Origin: Caecitellus pseudoparvulus
Lineage: Eukaryota > Protista > Bigyra: Bicosoecida
Reading direction: 5' to 3'
Assembly (NCBI GenBank): GCA_965644315.1
Contig: CBFFRQ010000066.1
Span: 434,001-498,000, forward strand
Length of the DNA stretch: 64,000 nt
Part shown: positions 49,201-59,580 of the stretch, one piece after another
Layout of the letters: each line of letters begins with the position of its first letter
Position numbering within the stretch: the first letter of the stretch is position 1
Notes under the pieces: model-generated
Told to the model about the DNA's origin: nothing
The model's database searches: none
The model's input: the letters and a program-made list of their open reading frames with translations, nothing else
Made by a program: the position numbers and the translations under genes

Positions 49201-50361
49201 CAGCGCTCGGACCGCCAGCGACTTCGCGTGTTGGTGCCACACGATGTCTTCCTTCGGCAGGTGATGGCGTACATGCTGCCACAGGACGTGGAAGGGGGGC
49301 TGCCGGACCCTGGCGGCTCCAAGAAGCAGCGCATGCTGGTCAAGGAACGCACACGGTCGGCGGCAACCCAAGCCCAGCCGTGGATCGCGGCGCTGGTTCG
49401 CTGGGGGTTCTCCCGTATCGGACAGCTCGTGGGCGTGCCGCACGCAGCCCTGTGCAAGGCGCTCAAATCAGCCTACCCCATTCGGCCACAAGCAGGCGCA
49501 ACGCCTCTGGACAAGGCCTGCATGTCTGTGGCAGACGCCTTGAAGCCGGAGGACATCGCGACATCCCTCATCTCTGCCCTGCAGCACTGGCAACAGTGCA
49601 ACCCGGACACGTTCCAGACTGTGAAGCAAGCGTGGACGTCTTTCGACAGGCGCTACCAGCGGGGGCCCACTGACTTGAACGGGCGACCAAAGGTGGGGCG
49701 GGAGCTGGCTGCACTCCGAAAGCTGGAGCGAGGTCTCGGCAGCGCAAACTGGAACACCTTCGCGGCGAAAGACATGAAGCGCAGGACACATGGCTGGGCA
49801 CGTGCGCCGGCGACAGCCCAGCTGCTGGGCAGCATAGCAGCTGGGCTGCACCCTGAGCAGCCAGCCAGCGAAGGGCACGTGCAGGGCGCTGTGTCTATGC
49901 GCCACGCCACGTCAAGTGGCGGCGATGGCGCCAAGCCCCTGCTCTCGCCGTTGTGGTTTGGCGCTGGTGCAGAAGTGCAGGAGCGCTTGGCGCAGCAATC
50001 TCAGACGACCGCGAAGAAGGGGAAGCCATCCGAAACCTTCGAATTCCTCATGGACTATGTCGCTGCCGAAGAAGATGGCCCCGCGCCTGCCCGCGCTGTG
50101 GGCTCGTCAGCGGGGGGTGTTCACCTCCCGCGCGAGGCTTTCCTCTCCGGAGCACCCACGTTGCCCAGCCCAGTTCAAACGACGGTTGAGTACGTCACTT
50201 CCTCGAGCTTGCCCGCGACAGTCCGAGACGGCATGGGCATCACGGCAGCTGGGGCCATCCCGATGCAGTGGCAGCATGACGTAACTGCGAAGCGGCTTCG
50301 GCGAGCTGCTCGCTCCACAGTTGGCGGGCTTGGCAACCCCACAGCAGGCAGGCGAAAGTGA
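43274..50361 (+). CDS. Giant (~2300 aa) IQ-motif calmodulin-binding protein
   Basis: 6.6-kb open exon with IQ motifs (ISRIARGYLWR, LQALWRGFFVRK, IQRITRGWLKR, IQAAVRGWTVY, IQRVVRGLLARR). Two short upstream exons inferred; the 5' end is tentative. Confidence 0.7.
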
Positions 50362-50640
50362 AGAGTGCTCTGCAGGGCAGCAGCTGCACACTTCAGCGTC
50401 GGAAAGCCCTGCTTGCGCCAGCTGCCCGGAAAGTGTGGCAATTGCGAGTTGAGGTGCGAGCGGTGCAGATGTCGGCAAGGCGCGGTCGGCCTGAGGGCAT
50501 GCCATGGCCGCAAGCGAAGATTTACGTGCATTGCCAAAGAATCCCGCTGCCACCACCTAGCAGTGTGGACTAGGCAGTGGGTGGGCTCTGCTTTGGCGTC
50601 AGTATGTTCATGAGCGGGATGTTCAGTGTGCCCGCTGCAG

Positions 50641-51705
50641 CTACAGAGGTAGCTGCAGCGGGGAGGCCCCAGAGGGGTCCGACGCGAGAACACTCGCAGG
50701 TATTGGCGAAAGGTGCGCAGTATCACTGCCTCCTGCCAAGAAGATGTGTGGGAAGTTGAGGCGGCGAGGGTCACGCACGCCGTGTGCCACGGCGACCTCG
50801 TCGTGCTTCATGGCAGCCTCCTTGGCAGAGGAGAAGCGCCCAATGTACTTGTTGTTCACCACTTTCTTGCCAGTGCTGTCAGTGTCACGCCCTGTGCCGG
50901 GGAGGGGGTGAGGGGCACGCCGTGCTCAGAGGTAGGGCTGCCTCCCGCAGTGGAACGCTGCCGAAGCCAGAGCGCAGAGCAACGTCAGTTCCGCCACGCT
51001 GCAGCACGCAGACTCACCTAAGTACACCCTGCACTCGAACTTGCCATTCTTCGGCTTTTCAGAGACGCCGAGGAACTTCCCACGCGATGAGGTGGCGGGC
51101 ACTGGCAGCAGGTCATGCCTGGGCAAGCCGCCGAGCTGAGCGGAGCGCTGAGCTGAGCCGCCCAAAAGCTGAGGCGGGGCAGAGTGCGAAGCCGCTGTGA
51201 TGCCCAGGTGCTCCGTGCCACCACTGCCCCAGGTGGTCTGGGGCATGCTGTGAGGGGGCGTGGCATACGCTGCGTGGTATTCTGCAGACCAGCCCTGTTG
51301 GGCAGTGCACACAGCACCTGGCTGGGTTGCAAGGGCTGGTGGTCTTGGAGCGGCGTTTGGCGCTGCGGAGGCTGCAGGCGACAGTCCCGGCACGCCGGGG
51401 GCCTGTGCCGCCGGGACGATTGCCGGCCATCGCTCGTGAGCAGCCCCTGGCAGTGCAGTGAATGCCATGGAGCTGCCCCCCGGTACCAGCGTGTGAGTGC
51501 TTCCTTGCGCAGCTGCCCAATGCGGCACGGCGCTCAACTGCTCAGGGCTGGCACGAGCATCTCCCGCCCCGTGGGCAGCGGGGAACTGCTGCTGCGTGAG
51601 AGCGGGCCCCGCCGGCGCTGGAGCCCACCCTGAGCCGAAGCTCGAACAACCATCCATGCTTGATGCATCAGGCGTGGCGTTCGCCCGGTGCCCCACCGCG
51701 TGCAT
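50641..51705 (-). CDS. AP2/ERF-domain transcription factor
   Basis: FLGVSEKPKNGKFECRVYL|G...KYIGRFSSAKEAAMKHDEVAVAHG....RLNFP after a low-complexity N-terminus. Start is either 51705 or 51657. Confidence 0.8.
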
Positions 51706-51955
51706 GGCCTGCGCAGGCGCCAGGCGGAAGGCGTGCCGCTCATACCCGAGAAAAGCACAGGCAAAGGTTGCCAAGCGAATCCCGCAGCATGCAAGGACAC
51801 ACCTGTGATGCAATGAAGGAAGCCTGCGACTGTGGTGCCCCCCACAGACCTGCGCGAGGAGCAGAAGGCCCCGTGGTGAGGTCAGCTGTGTGTGCTGCCG
51901 CTGAGACTCGCAGCAGGCACACGGCAGCAAACCAACAGACGCAAGCAGCCGCAGG

Positions 51956-52488
51956 TCAGCTCCGCAGCAGAGTCTGGCACCGCTGCAGGCACGACGCACC
52001 CTGGGGCTGCATGGGGCGCGCAGCGTGTGCCGCCAGCTTGGCCTGGCCGTGCTGCCCAGCACTGGCGACGAACTCCGGCCCAACAGGCACGGAGTGCAGC
52101 ACCTCCCTGCCAGCCACCTGTACTCGCACCAGCATGGCTCCTTGCGCGGCATCGATGCACACCGGGAACGCCGGGAGAAACTCTGGAACAGGGCGGCCGT
52201 GCGTGGCGGTCACATCGCTGGAGCGCACGAAGAGGTGCATGGCGCGAGGAGAGGGTTGCGTTGCTTGGCGCCGTTCCCTCACGCCTTGGCGCAGTGGAGG
52301 CCTTGCTCCGGGTCGGCTCGCCTTGCAAGAGGGGGAAGGGGTTGCGGTCCTGAAAGCGTTCATCAAGATGCGTGTGTGGATTCTTTTGCGGGGAATTGTC
52401 GTTGTGTGTCGGCCGCGCTGATGCAGCCTGATTCGCCACACGCCACCTTCCACTTCCACTTCCACATGCCACCCCCGGCTGATGGCCG
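51956..52488 (-). CDS. Possible terminal exon of an unrecognised gene
   Basis: Open frame after an acceptor-like cccgcacag with protein-like segments (HVEVEVEGGVWRIRLH, MLVRVQVAGREVLHSVPV). Upstream exon not resolved. Confidence 0.3.
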
Positions 52489-53147
52489 ATCTGTGCGGGT
52501 GGCTTCCTCAGCAGCCCGTTGCCAGTCCAACACGCGTGTCGAGGACTCAGCTTGACTGGGTCTGCGCGAGGGCCTCGGTGGCTTTGCACTGCATTCGCGC
52601 ATGTTGGTGTTGTGCCAGGTTTGAAGTGCGCAGGTTTCTACAACAACGTGGGGTGCGGCTTGCCCGGTAGAGGCTGGCCAAGCGCATGAAAGAGCAGCCC
52701 AGAGCTTGCTCCATGCACTGCCTTGCAATCCTCTGGTGTCTGCGCCACGCACTGCTGCAGGCGTCTCGTGTGGCTTGTAGATCAGCGCACTCTCTCGCGG
52801 CCGGGGCAGAAGCAGAGAGGTTGGCGCCCACACGCCCGCTGAAGAGGGGTGCCTGGCACAAGCCCAGGGTGATGCCGTGCCGATGGATCAGCCAAAGCAG
52901 CAGCGTGACTGCTGGGGTTGTCTTGTGCGGTGAAGTTCAGCGTGCTGTGGGAGCCTCAATGCACCCTTGACGGGGCATGGCTGGGGCACCTTCCCTGCTG
53001 CACCCGTGCCTGCAGAGCGCCTGCTCCTAGCCTAGGCCTCGCAAGACGGGATGGATCAACGCGCACAGGGGGCGTTTGGAGGACTGCGGCGTGTGCTGAG
53101 AGGCTGGCGAGGGCACCCGCGTGGCCCCCGGTGTCCAGGGGAGAGCA

Positions 53148-53390
53148 TCAGTTGTGGCGGAAGAGCTTCAAACCGACCCAGCTAACGTACACTGCGATGA
53201 GGGTGGTTGGCAGGGCCAGGGGCAGCAAGGCTGAGTAGTGCATGTCTTCCCTGAGGAAGTCCACCAGCGGGTTGCCTGAGGGTGGCAGCAGCTTGGCGCC
53301 AAGTAGCGCAAACATGCTGAAGGAGAAGAAGACTGCGGCAGTCAGCACTAAACACAAACCTTGAAGCATAAGGCTGCGGTTATCGGCCAT
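53148..53390 (-). CDS. PIGY: GPI-GlcNAc transferase subunit PIG-Y/Eri1-like (80 aa, 2 TM)
   Basis: AKLLPPSGNPLVDFLREDMHYSALLPLALPTTLIAVYVSWVGLKLFRHN is the typical PIG-Y family pattern. Confidence 0.85.
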   Translation of the reverse strand: MADNRSLMLQGLCLVLTAAVFFSFSMFALLGAKLLPPSGNPLVDFLREDMHYSALLPLALPTTLIAVYVSWVGLKLFRHN

Positions 53391-53803
53391 GGCGCCGCTG
53401 GAGGGCGCGCTAGGTGCGCGCGAGCAAGTCTGAGAGGCACCGATTTCCGCAGTGGCCAACTTGCTGGAGGCTTCAAGCGCCAGCAGGGGACAAGGGTGGA
53501 CCTGCAGGTGGAGAAGGTAAAGAACTGCACGGATAATTTTGCTGGAGTCTGCGAAGTTTGCCACTGCGCTTGTTCTGTGTGTGTGGTCTTGCTTCACAGG
53601 CTGGGGCCGAGTGCTGCCCAACACACGTTGGACAGGCACCCGCCACCGAGCGGCAATTTTCAAACACAGCACGCAGAACTAAAGTGCACAGCCCACAGCA
53701 CTGCGCGCCATCGCCTGTGCGTGGCTCTGCGACGAGAAGTGCCTGCACCCTCGTGGCGAGGCGGCGAAGTCCAGTCGGTTTTTGCTCGGCTGCCAACGTC
53801 GCC

Positions 53804-55999
53804 ATGGCGTCCATGCGGCGCCCCGCAAGCAGTGCGTGCTGCGTTCCTGCGCGTGTGCTGTACATGGCCCGCTAGTGATGACATGCACTCTTCACTCTGT
53901 TGCTGCGTCGCAGGGGGCATGGGGGCAGCAGGCCCAGGCAGTTCGGCAGGTGAGCATGCAGTTTCCGCAGGGTTGCAAGCGGACGCCGACCTGGCACTGG
54001 TTGTGAACGCGGCACGGCCTTGCATTCCACACAGGTGCACGCCCTGGTTCTGGCAGGCTTGGAACCGGCCGCATGCGCACAGGCATGCAGGCTGGGGGCC
54101 CCGACGGTGAGGCTGGCCGCCTGCGCAGCGTAACGCCAAGGCCAGCCCGCCGTCCACACAAGCCACCGCCCACCGCGCTGCCGTCCTCTCGCAGCTGTGA
54201 ACATGTCAGGAGTGGGGCTGAACACACAAGTTGTCGTGTCTGCGCGCCCTGTGACGCAGCAGGGCATGGCAGGCATGCGCACGGCCACGGGGCGTGGTCG
54301 GCAGGTTCAGGACTCCTCGTACCACATGGCGCAGCTGCGCCGGCGCATCACTGAGATCTCTGCGGAAATCCGCCGCATGGGGGAAGAGTACACGCGCATG
54401 CAGAAAGACACTGCGACACACGCCACCCTGCAGCGCCGCTACGACGAGTGCATCAAGGAGGTGAGGCGCCTGCTGCGTTGGTGAGGCGCTCACCACCCCA
54501 CACCGCACACGCTGCTGCCTGCAGGTGAGGTCTCTGGAGGGGGAGCTGGCGGACTACAACCTGGCCATGGACAAGGCTCGCACCAGTGTGGACCCGGCAG
54601 AGGTGAGGCGGTACCAGGAGCAGCTGGCCAGCCACAACGCGGAGGCCTCCCGTGAAATCGACATGGTGTTTGTGGATCGGCAGGAGCGCGAGCAGGGCGT
54701 GCGGCGCCTGGAGGCGCAGATCGAGGAGCTGCAGAGCCTGGCCGAGAGCCGCCTGAGCTCCCTGCCTGCGGCCAAGCTAGCTGAGTACCGCAAGATCATG
54801 GCAGGCAGCCGCACCATGCACGAGCGCATCAGCGGCATGCAGGGGCAGTTGGAGCAACTGAACTCGGCCATCGCCTCGGCAGAGGCTCAGCTCTCCGCAG
54901 ACACACACCGAGAGGAGGCAGCCCTGCTGGAGCGCAAGCTGGAGCACCTGCGGCGTGACGAGGAGGAGCTAGCGGGGGAGCTGGACTCGGCCGCCCTGGA
55001 CCCGGGCGCGGCGCGGTCCAAGCTGCTGGGGAAGGTGAAGGCAGACAACGCGGCGATCCAGGAGATGGACAAGGAGCTGCGCACCAAGCGTGAGGCGTTG
55101 GCTCGGGCGCGGGCCACGGCCAAGGAGCTGCGCGAGGATGTGGAGCGGCGGTCGGTGGACGGCGGGGAGGGGCAGAAGTATGAGGCGCTGTTTGCAAAGG
55201 ACCAGCAGATGACGCAGTTCATCGACTCCTTCCCCGCCGCCAAGGCCAAGGAGGAGGCCGCCCACGCGCAAGCCCAGGACACCATCGTGGCCCTCCTGGA
55301 GCACATCTCGGGGGAGGTAGAGCGGGAGCAGGCCCTGCCTTCCCTGGAGCAGGCCGAGGCGCTGAAGGGCGAGCTGAAAGACAAGGAGACGGAGCTGGCC
55401 CGCAGCAAGGCGACGAAGGAGCGCCTGCGCGGGGAGCTCACCGCGCGGCAGGGCGAGCTGAAGCGCCTGGAGACGCTGGGCTCCAAGATCGCCAGCGAGG
55501 TGTCCAGCCTGCAAGCCAACATCACCCGCATGCGGGGGGAGATGCCCAAGCTGGAGGACATCCCCGCCCTGCAGGCTGAGGCAGACGCCGCCTCTGATGC
55601 GTTGCAGGGCCAGCTGATGCGTTTCACTGAGCGCGCCGACAGCCTGCGGCACGTCGTGGCGGACGTGCGGCGGCGGGAGGAGTCCCTGGCCAGCCAGCTG
55701 GCGCACGACCCCACGGCGCAGTCCTTGCAGGCTTTGGAGTCCCGCATGAAGCACTACGAGCAGAGCATCTTCGCGATGCGGGAGTGTGCGTGATCACACG
55801 CGCGAGCGCGCAGTGCCCCAGCGCCCCCACGTGTGCCCCCCCTCCTCCCCCCCCTTTCACAGACATCGGCTCCCAAGGCAGGGATGCGGACTTCACAGGC
55901 GTGCGTGATGAAGTGCTGGGACTGGGGCACCGCCTGAACCAGCTGGTGACGGAGGTGCAGACGACGACCGGCCCAGCGCTGGGGGCGGCGCCCTACTGA
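53804..55999 (+). CDS. IFT74: Intraflagellar transport protein 74
   Basis: GLNTQVVVSARPVTQQGMAGMRT...RQVQDSSY, LEGELADYNLAMDK, KLLGKVKADN, KYEALFAKDQQMTQFIDSF, HYEQSIFAMRE. Several introns. Confidence 0.92.
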
Positions 56000-56101
56000 G
56001 GCGAGGCGTGCCGCCACCGCCCTCACGGGGCCCTAGCAATGCACAGCGGGTGGAAACGCAGCACGCATGCATTGGAGGTGGCGCGGGGAAGGGGGTGCAC
56101 A

Positions 56102-57155
56102 TCACTTGACCTTCTTGCGCCAGAGCTTGATCTCGTGCTGCTTGAAGTACCGCCGGTCCTTGTCGTCCACCAACACCAAGTTCAGGAAGTACCGGACGCT
56201 GTACCGGTTGTACACACTGGCGTAGGTGGGCGTCAAGTCGAAGCCTGAGAGGTACAGGCGCACCGGGATGACTTCCCCCCGCACTGGCGCGCCGTCCATG
56301 ACTTCAAACTTCGTGAGGGTGTCGCTTTCGTTGTACACGTGGGAGGCCGTGCCGGCCTTCTCCCGGCGGATGATGGTCACCTCCATGTGCTTGATCTTGA
56401 TGCGCACGAGGAGGAAGTTGATGCGCCCCGTCACGACGTCGGAGAGGTGGTACGCCTCCCGGTCGTACGTGAACTCGATGTGCAGGCAGTCCTCAATGCC
56501 CACCTCCATGTTGATGGGGGGGTTCTCCGCAGGCTCCACTGCCAGGCACTGCACCAGCACCTCCTGCTCCTTGGACAGCGTGGACACGCCCCGCTGCACG
56601 GCGGCCGTCACAAAGTACCGTGTGCGGACGTTGATGCCGTTGTATGACTCGTGGGCGCGGCTGCCTGCGGGGATGGAGAAGGTGTACTTCTGCACCCCTG
56701 TCAAGGTCCCAGCCGGCTCCAGGGAGATGACATCGTGGCAGAACTCCTGCGGGTTGCCCCGATCGTAGTACAGGTCTGCGGGGCGGGCAGCGAGTGCAGT
56801 GCAAGGCCACGCCAGCGCCAGGTCTCCGCCACGCCAACCCACCAATGACCCCCCGCAAGGACACCACGACGCCTTGGTGCTCCAGGGACCGCCCAGCTGG
56901 CACGTGCACCTCTACGGTGCCTGTGATGTCTTCGCTTGCTTCGTAGACGGGGCAGGGGACAGGGTCAGAGCCCTCGCCGTAGTCAATGTACTTGGGCTTG
57001 CGGCCCTCGATGGGGTTCAGCTCCAAGCTCACGTGGGCAGCTGGCCCGCCAAAGAGCCACGACTGCGCAGAGGCAGCACATGGTAGGTGAGTGTAAGGCG
57101 TGGGGGCGGGCCGTGTGTGCGGGGAGCGTGTGTGGCGGGGCTGGCGTCTCACCAT
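56102..57155 (-). CDS. VPS26: Retromer subunit VPS26
   Basis: ATG-only first exon. LEHQGV, ESYNGINVRTRYF, INMEVGIEDCLHIEF.Y...YHL.DVV.G.I.FLLVRIKIKHME, FEVMDGAPVRGEVIPVRL, RRYFKQHEI.LWRK. Confidence 0.97.
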
Positions 57156-57356
57156 GGTGCAGGAGGTAGCAGGCCAATTTCCGCCAGCACCCTGGGGTGG
57201 AGCAGGTGGCTTGGGAAGGCCCTGGGAGGGGGGAGCTTTGGCGCAAAGAAAAGCCGTGCAGGGACCATCAGCACACAGCCAGTGCTCAGTGCGGAGGCTG
57301 TGACTGGAGTTTGGTGTATTGGGTCAGCACGCATGATGGAGTGGAAAAGGCAGCGA

Positions 57357-59203
57357 CTAGACGGCAGGCGCTGAAACTGCGGGCGCTGGGATAGGAACAA
57401 CAGGCAACGACGCGTCGGCAGGCTCAGGTTTCCCGTCAGCACCCTGCCCGGGTGCGGCATCGGCCCCTCGCGGGCGCTTGGAGGAGGGCGGCAGCTCCCA
57501 GGCCTGAGGCCCCGAAGCGTGAGACATGGCGGCAGTTGCTGCCTGGGCTGGCTCCCGCTGCCGCACGTGGCCGCCCAGGCTGTCCACGTGGCGTGGCGTG
57601 GTGGTGTTGCTGGGCACATCATGAGGCGAAGAGCCAGGCGTCCCCCCCTGCGCCGCCCCCCAGTGTGGTTTCGCCGCCATGCCCTGGCTGGCACCTGGCA
57701 CGACGAGGGGCGGCGGCACCCATGGCGCTGGTCCTTGGCTGCCAGGTGCAGACTTGCCTGCGGAGGTGGACGGCGCTGCACCGCCGCCTGCAAAGGGCAG
57801 GTGCACATTGGGGAGGGGTGGCGCCACTCCCCCTCCTCCGTGCAGTGGCGCTAAGTGCACGGCATGGGTGTGGGGCGCGGCCCCCTGCACGTGTCCCGGG
57901 GCAGGAGGCGGTGCAGAGTACATGGACACGCCCGGCGCACCAAAGGACACCTGGGATGTCGGCGCCCACGTATCCAAGCGCCCAGTGACAGAGTGCCCCC
58001 CCGCTGTGTGCCAGGTGGGCATCATCTGGGGCTGCATGGCGTGTGCCGCTGCGGCTGCGCCCACGGTGTCACCGCCCACCTGCCCAGCGAAGGCGTTGTG
58101 CCCCACCTGGCCATGGGGAGCGGAGGAGTTGGAGCGGACACTGCCCCCCATCCACCCTGCGGGGGGGGCATCCCTGAACGTGGACCCCGTGTGCTGCAGG
58201 GTGGGCGCCAGCTGCTCCGAAGACCCGGACGTATTCTTCTGAGCGGGTGCGCTGTGGCCCAGACCGGAGTAGGCCATGGTCACCCCTCCATCCTGCTGAG
58301 GGTATGTGGGCGCCTCCCCCCTGTGCATGCCGGCTGCCAGCGCTTGCAACGCCGAGTGCTGCATGGCCAAGCCTTGCCCTGACGCTTGCCTCTGAGACGG
58401 AAGGGCGGTGAGGCTGGTGGAGAGCGCGTGCTGACACGGCAGCGAGGGAGACGGCACGCACAATGTCCACAGGGGCTGGTCCTTGGTGGGGGTGGGGCGG
58501 CATGTACCCGTGCGGGTGTGCGGGCTGTGGATGTGCGGGGCCGTGGTATTGGCCCGCCACCATCATGCCAGGCGGCACCTCGTGCATCTGCGAGGGGAGC
58601 AGCAAGCGCAAGGTGGCGCAAGCAGGCTTACAGGCGTGTTGTGGAGAGCTCAAATCTCCCCCCTGCGCCCACGTGCTTGGCGCTGTCGAGCGGTTGGCCC
58701 AGCGTCATGCGGCTTAATGAGGTCGTGTCACACCAGCAAGCAGAAATCCCGCAGTGCATCAGTTACCCCTACCCCTGCCCATGCCAGCCCCGACACGCAC
58801 CCGCGGAGGTCCCTGAGCGGCCAGCTTCTTGCGAAGAAGAGCGATGCACTCCTGTGGGTGGCAAGGCGCGACACGTGGTTGGGGTGCCTGGGCGCAGCAG
58901 TGAACATGGCCACGCCTCGTGAGGCTGCTGGGAAGCGTGGCACGCACCATGGCCGCCAACAAGATGTCCCCCCGCGTCATGCTGGCGATCTCCTCTGGCG
59001 TCTTGTTGTTGGTGTACACCGTCGTGGCCAAGTCTTGCATGAGCTGCCTCATGCGCTGCAAGGAGGGCGGACGTGCGTGAGTTGCGCCGCCGACAGCCAG
59101 GCGCCGCGCCAGGCACACGCACATCTCTGTGGGCCTTTTCAATCTGACGGTGCTTGTCTCGAGCCCCCGTGGAGGTCTTGCGCTTGCTCTGCCCCCCCGA
59201 CAT
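57357..59203 (-). CDS. bHLH transcription factor with Pro/His/Gln-rich C-terminus, ~5 exons
   Basis: Spliced RDKHRQIEKAHRD|RMRQLMQDLATTV...MTRGDILLAAM|ECIALLRKKL gives basic region, helix 1, loop and helix 2. Confidence 0.75.
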
Positions 59204-59580
59204 CGCCTTGCCTTGTGGAGCAGCCGCCGGCCGGCACCTTGCGCCTGATTGTGCAGGTGCTGCAGTGGCTCGACACACTGAGCCTCGACGCACGAAGCCG
59301 CGCCACCGCTGGGACTTGCAAAGCAGCCAGCGTCAAGGGGCGAAGGAGGCCCAGACAATGTGCCCTCCTTGCCGCGGTTGACTGGCCACGCGCGTGCATT
59401 GTGCTCGGCGGCGACGCCTGCCCGGCGGCGTGACTGCGCGGGCGGCGGGAAGGCGCCAGCTCAAACTGTCCCCCCGCCCACTGCTCTCAAGCGCGCGCGC
59501 AGCCATTCAATGCTCGCACTGACTCACACCGTCAACCCCAGGCGCAGCCCCCTTCACTGCTCAAGGCCGCCGGCTCCGCA

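Noticed and set aside
34568-53390. GUP1 and PIG-Y as a GPI-pathway cluster
   Set aside because: They are about 17 kb apart with unrelated genes between them; chance is sufficient.
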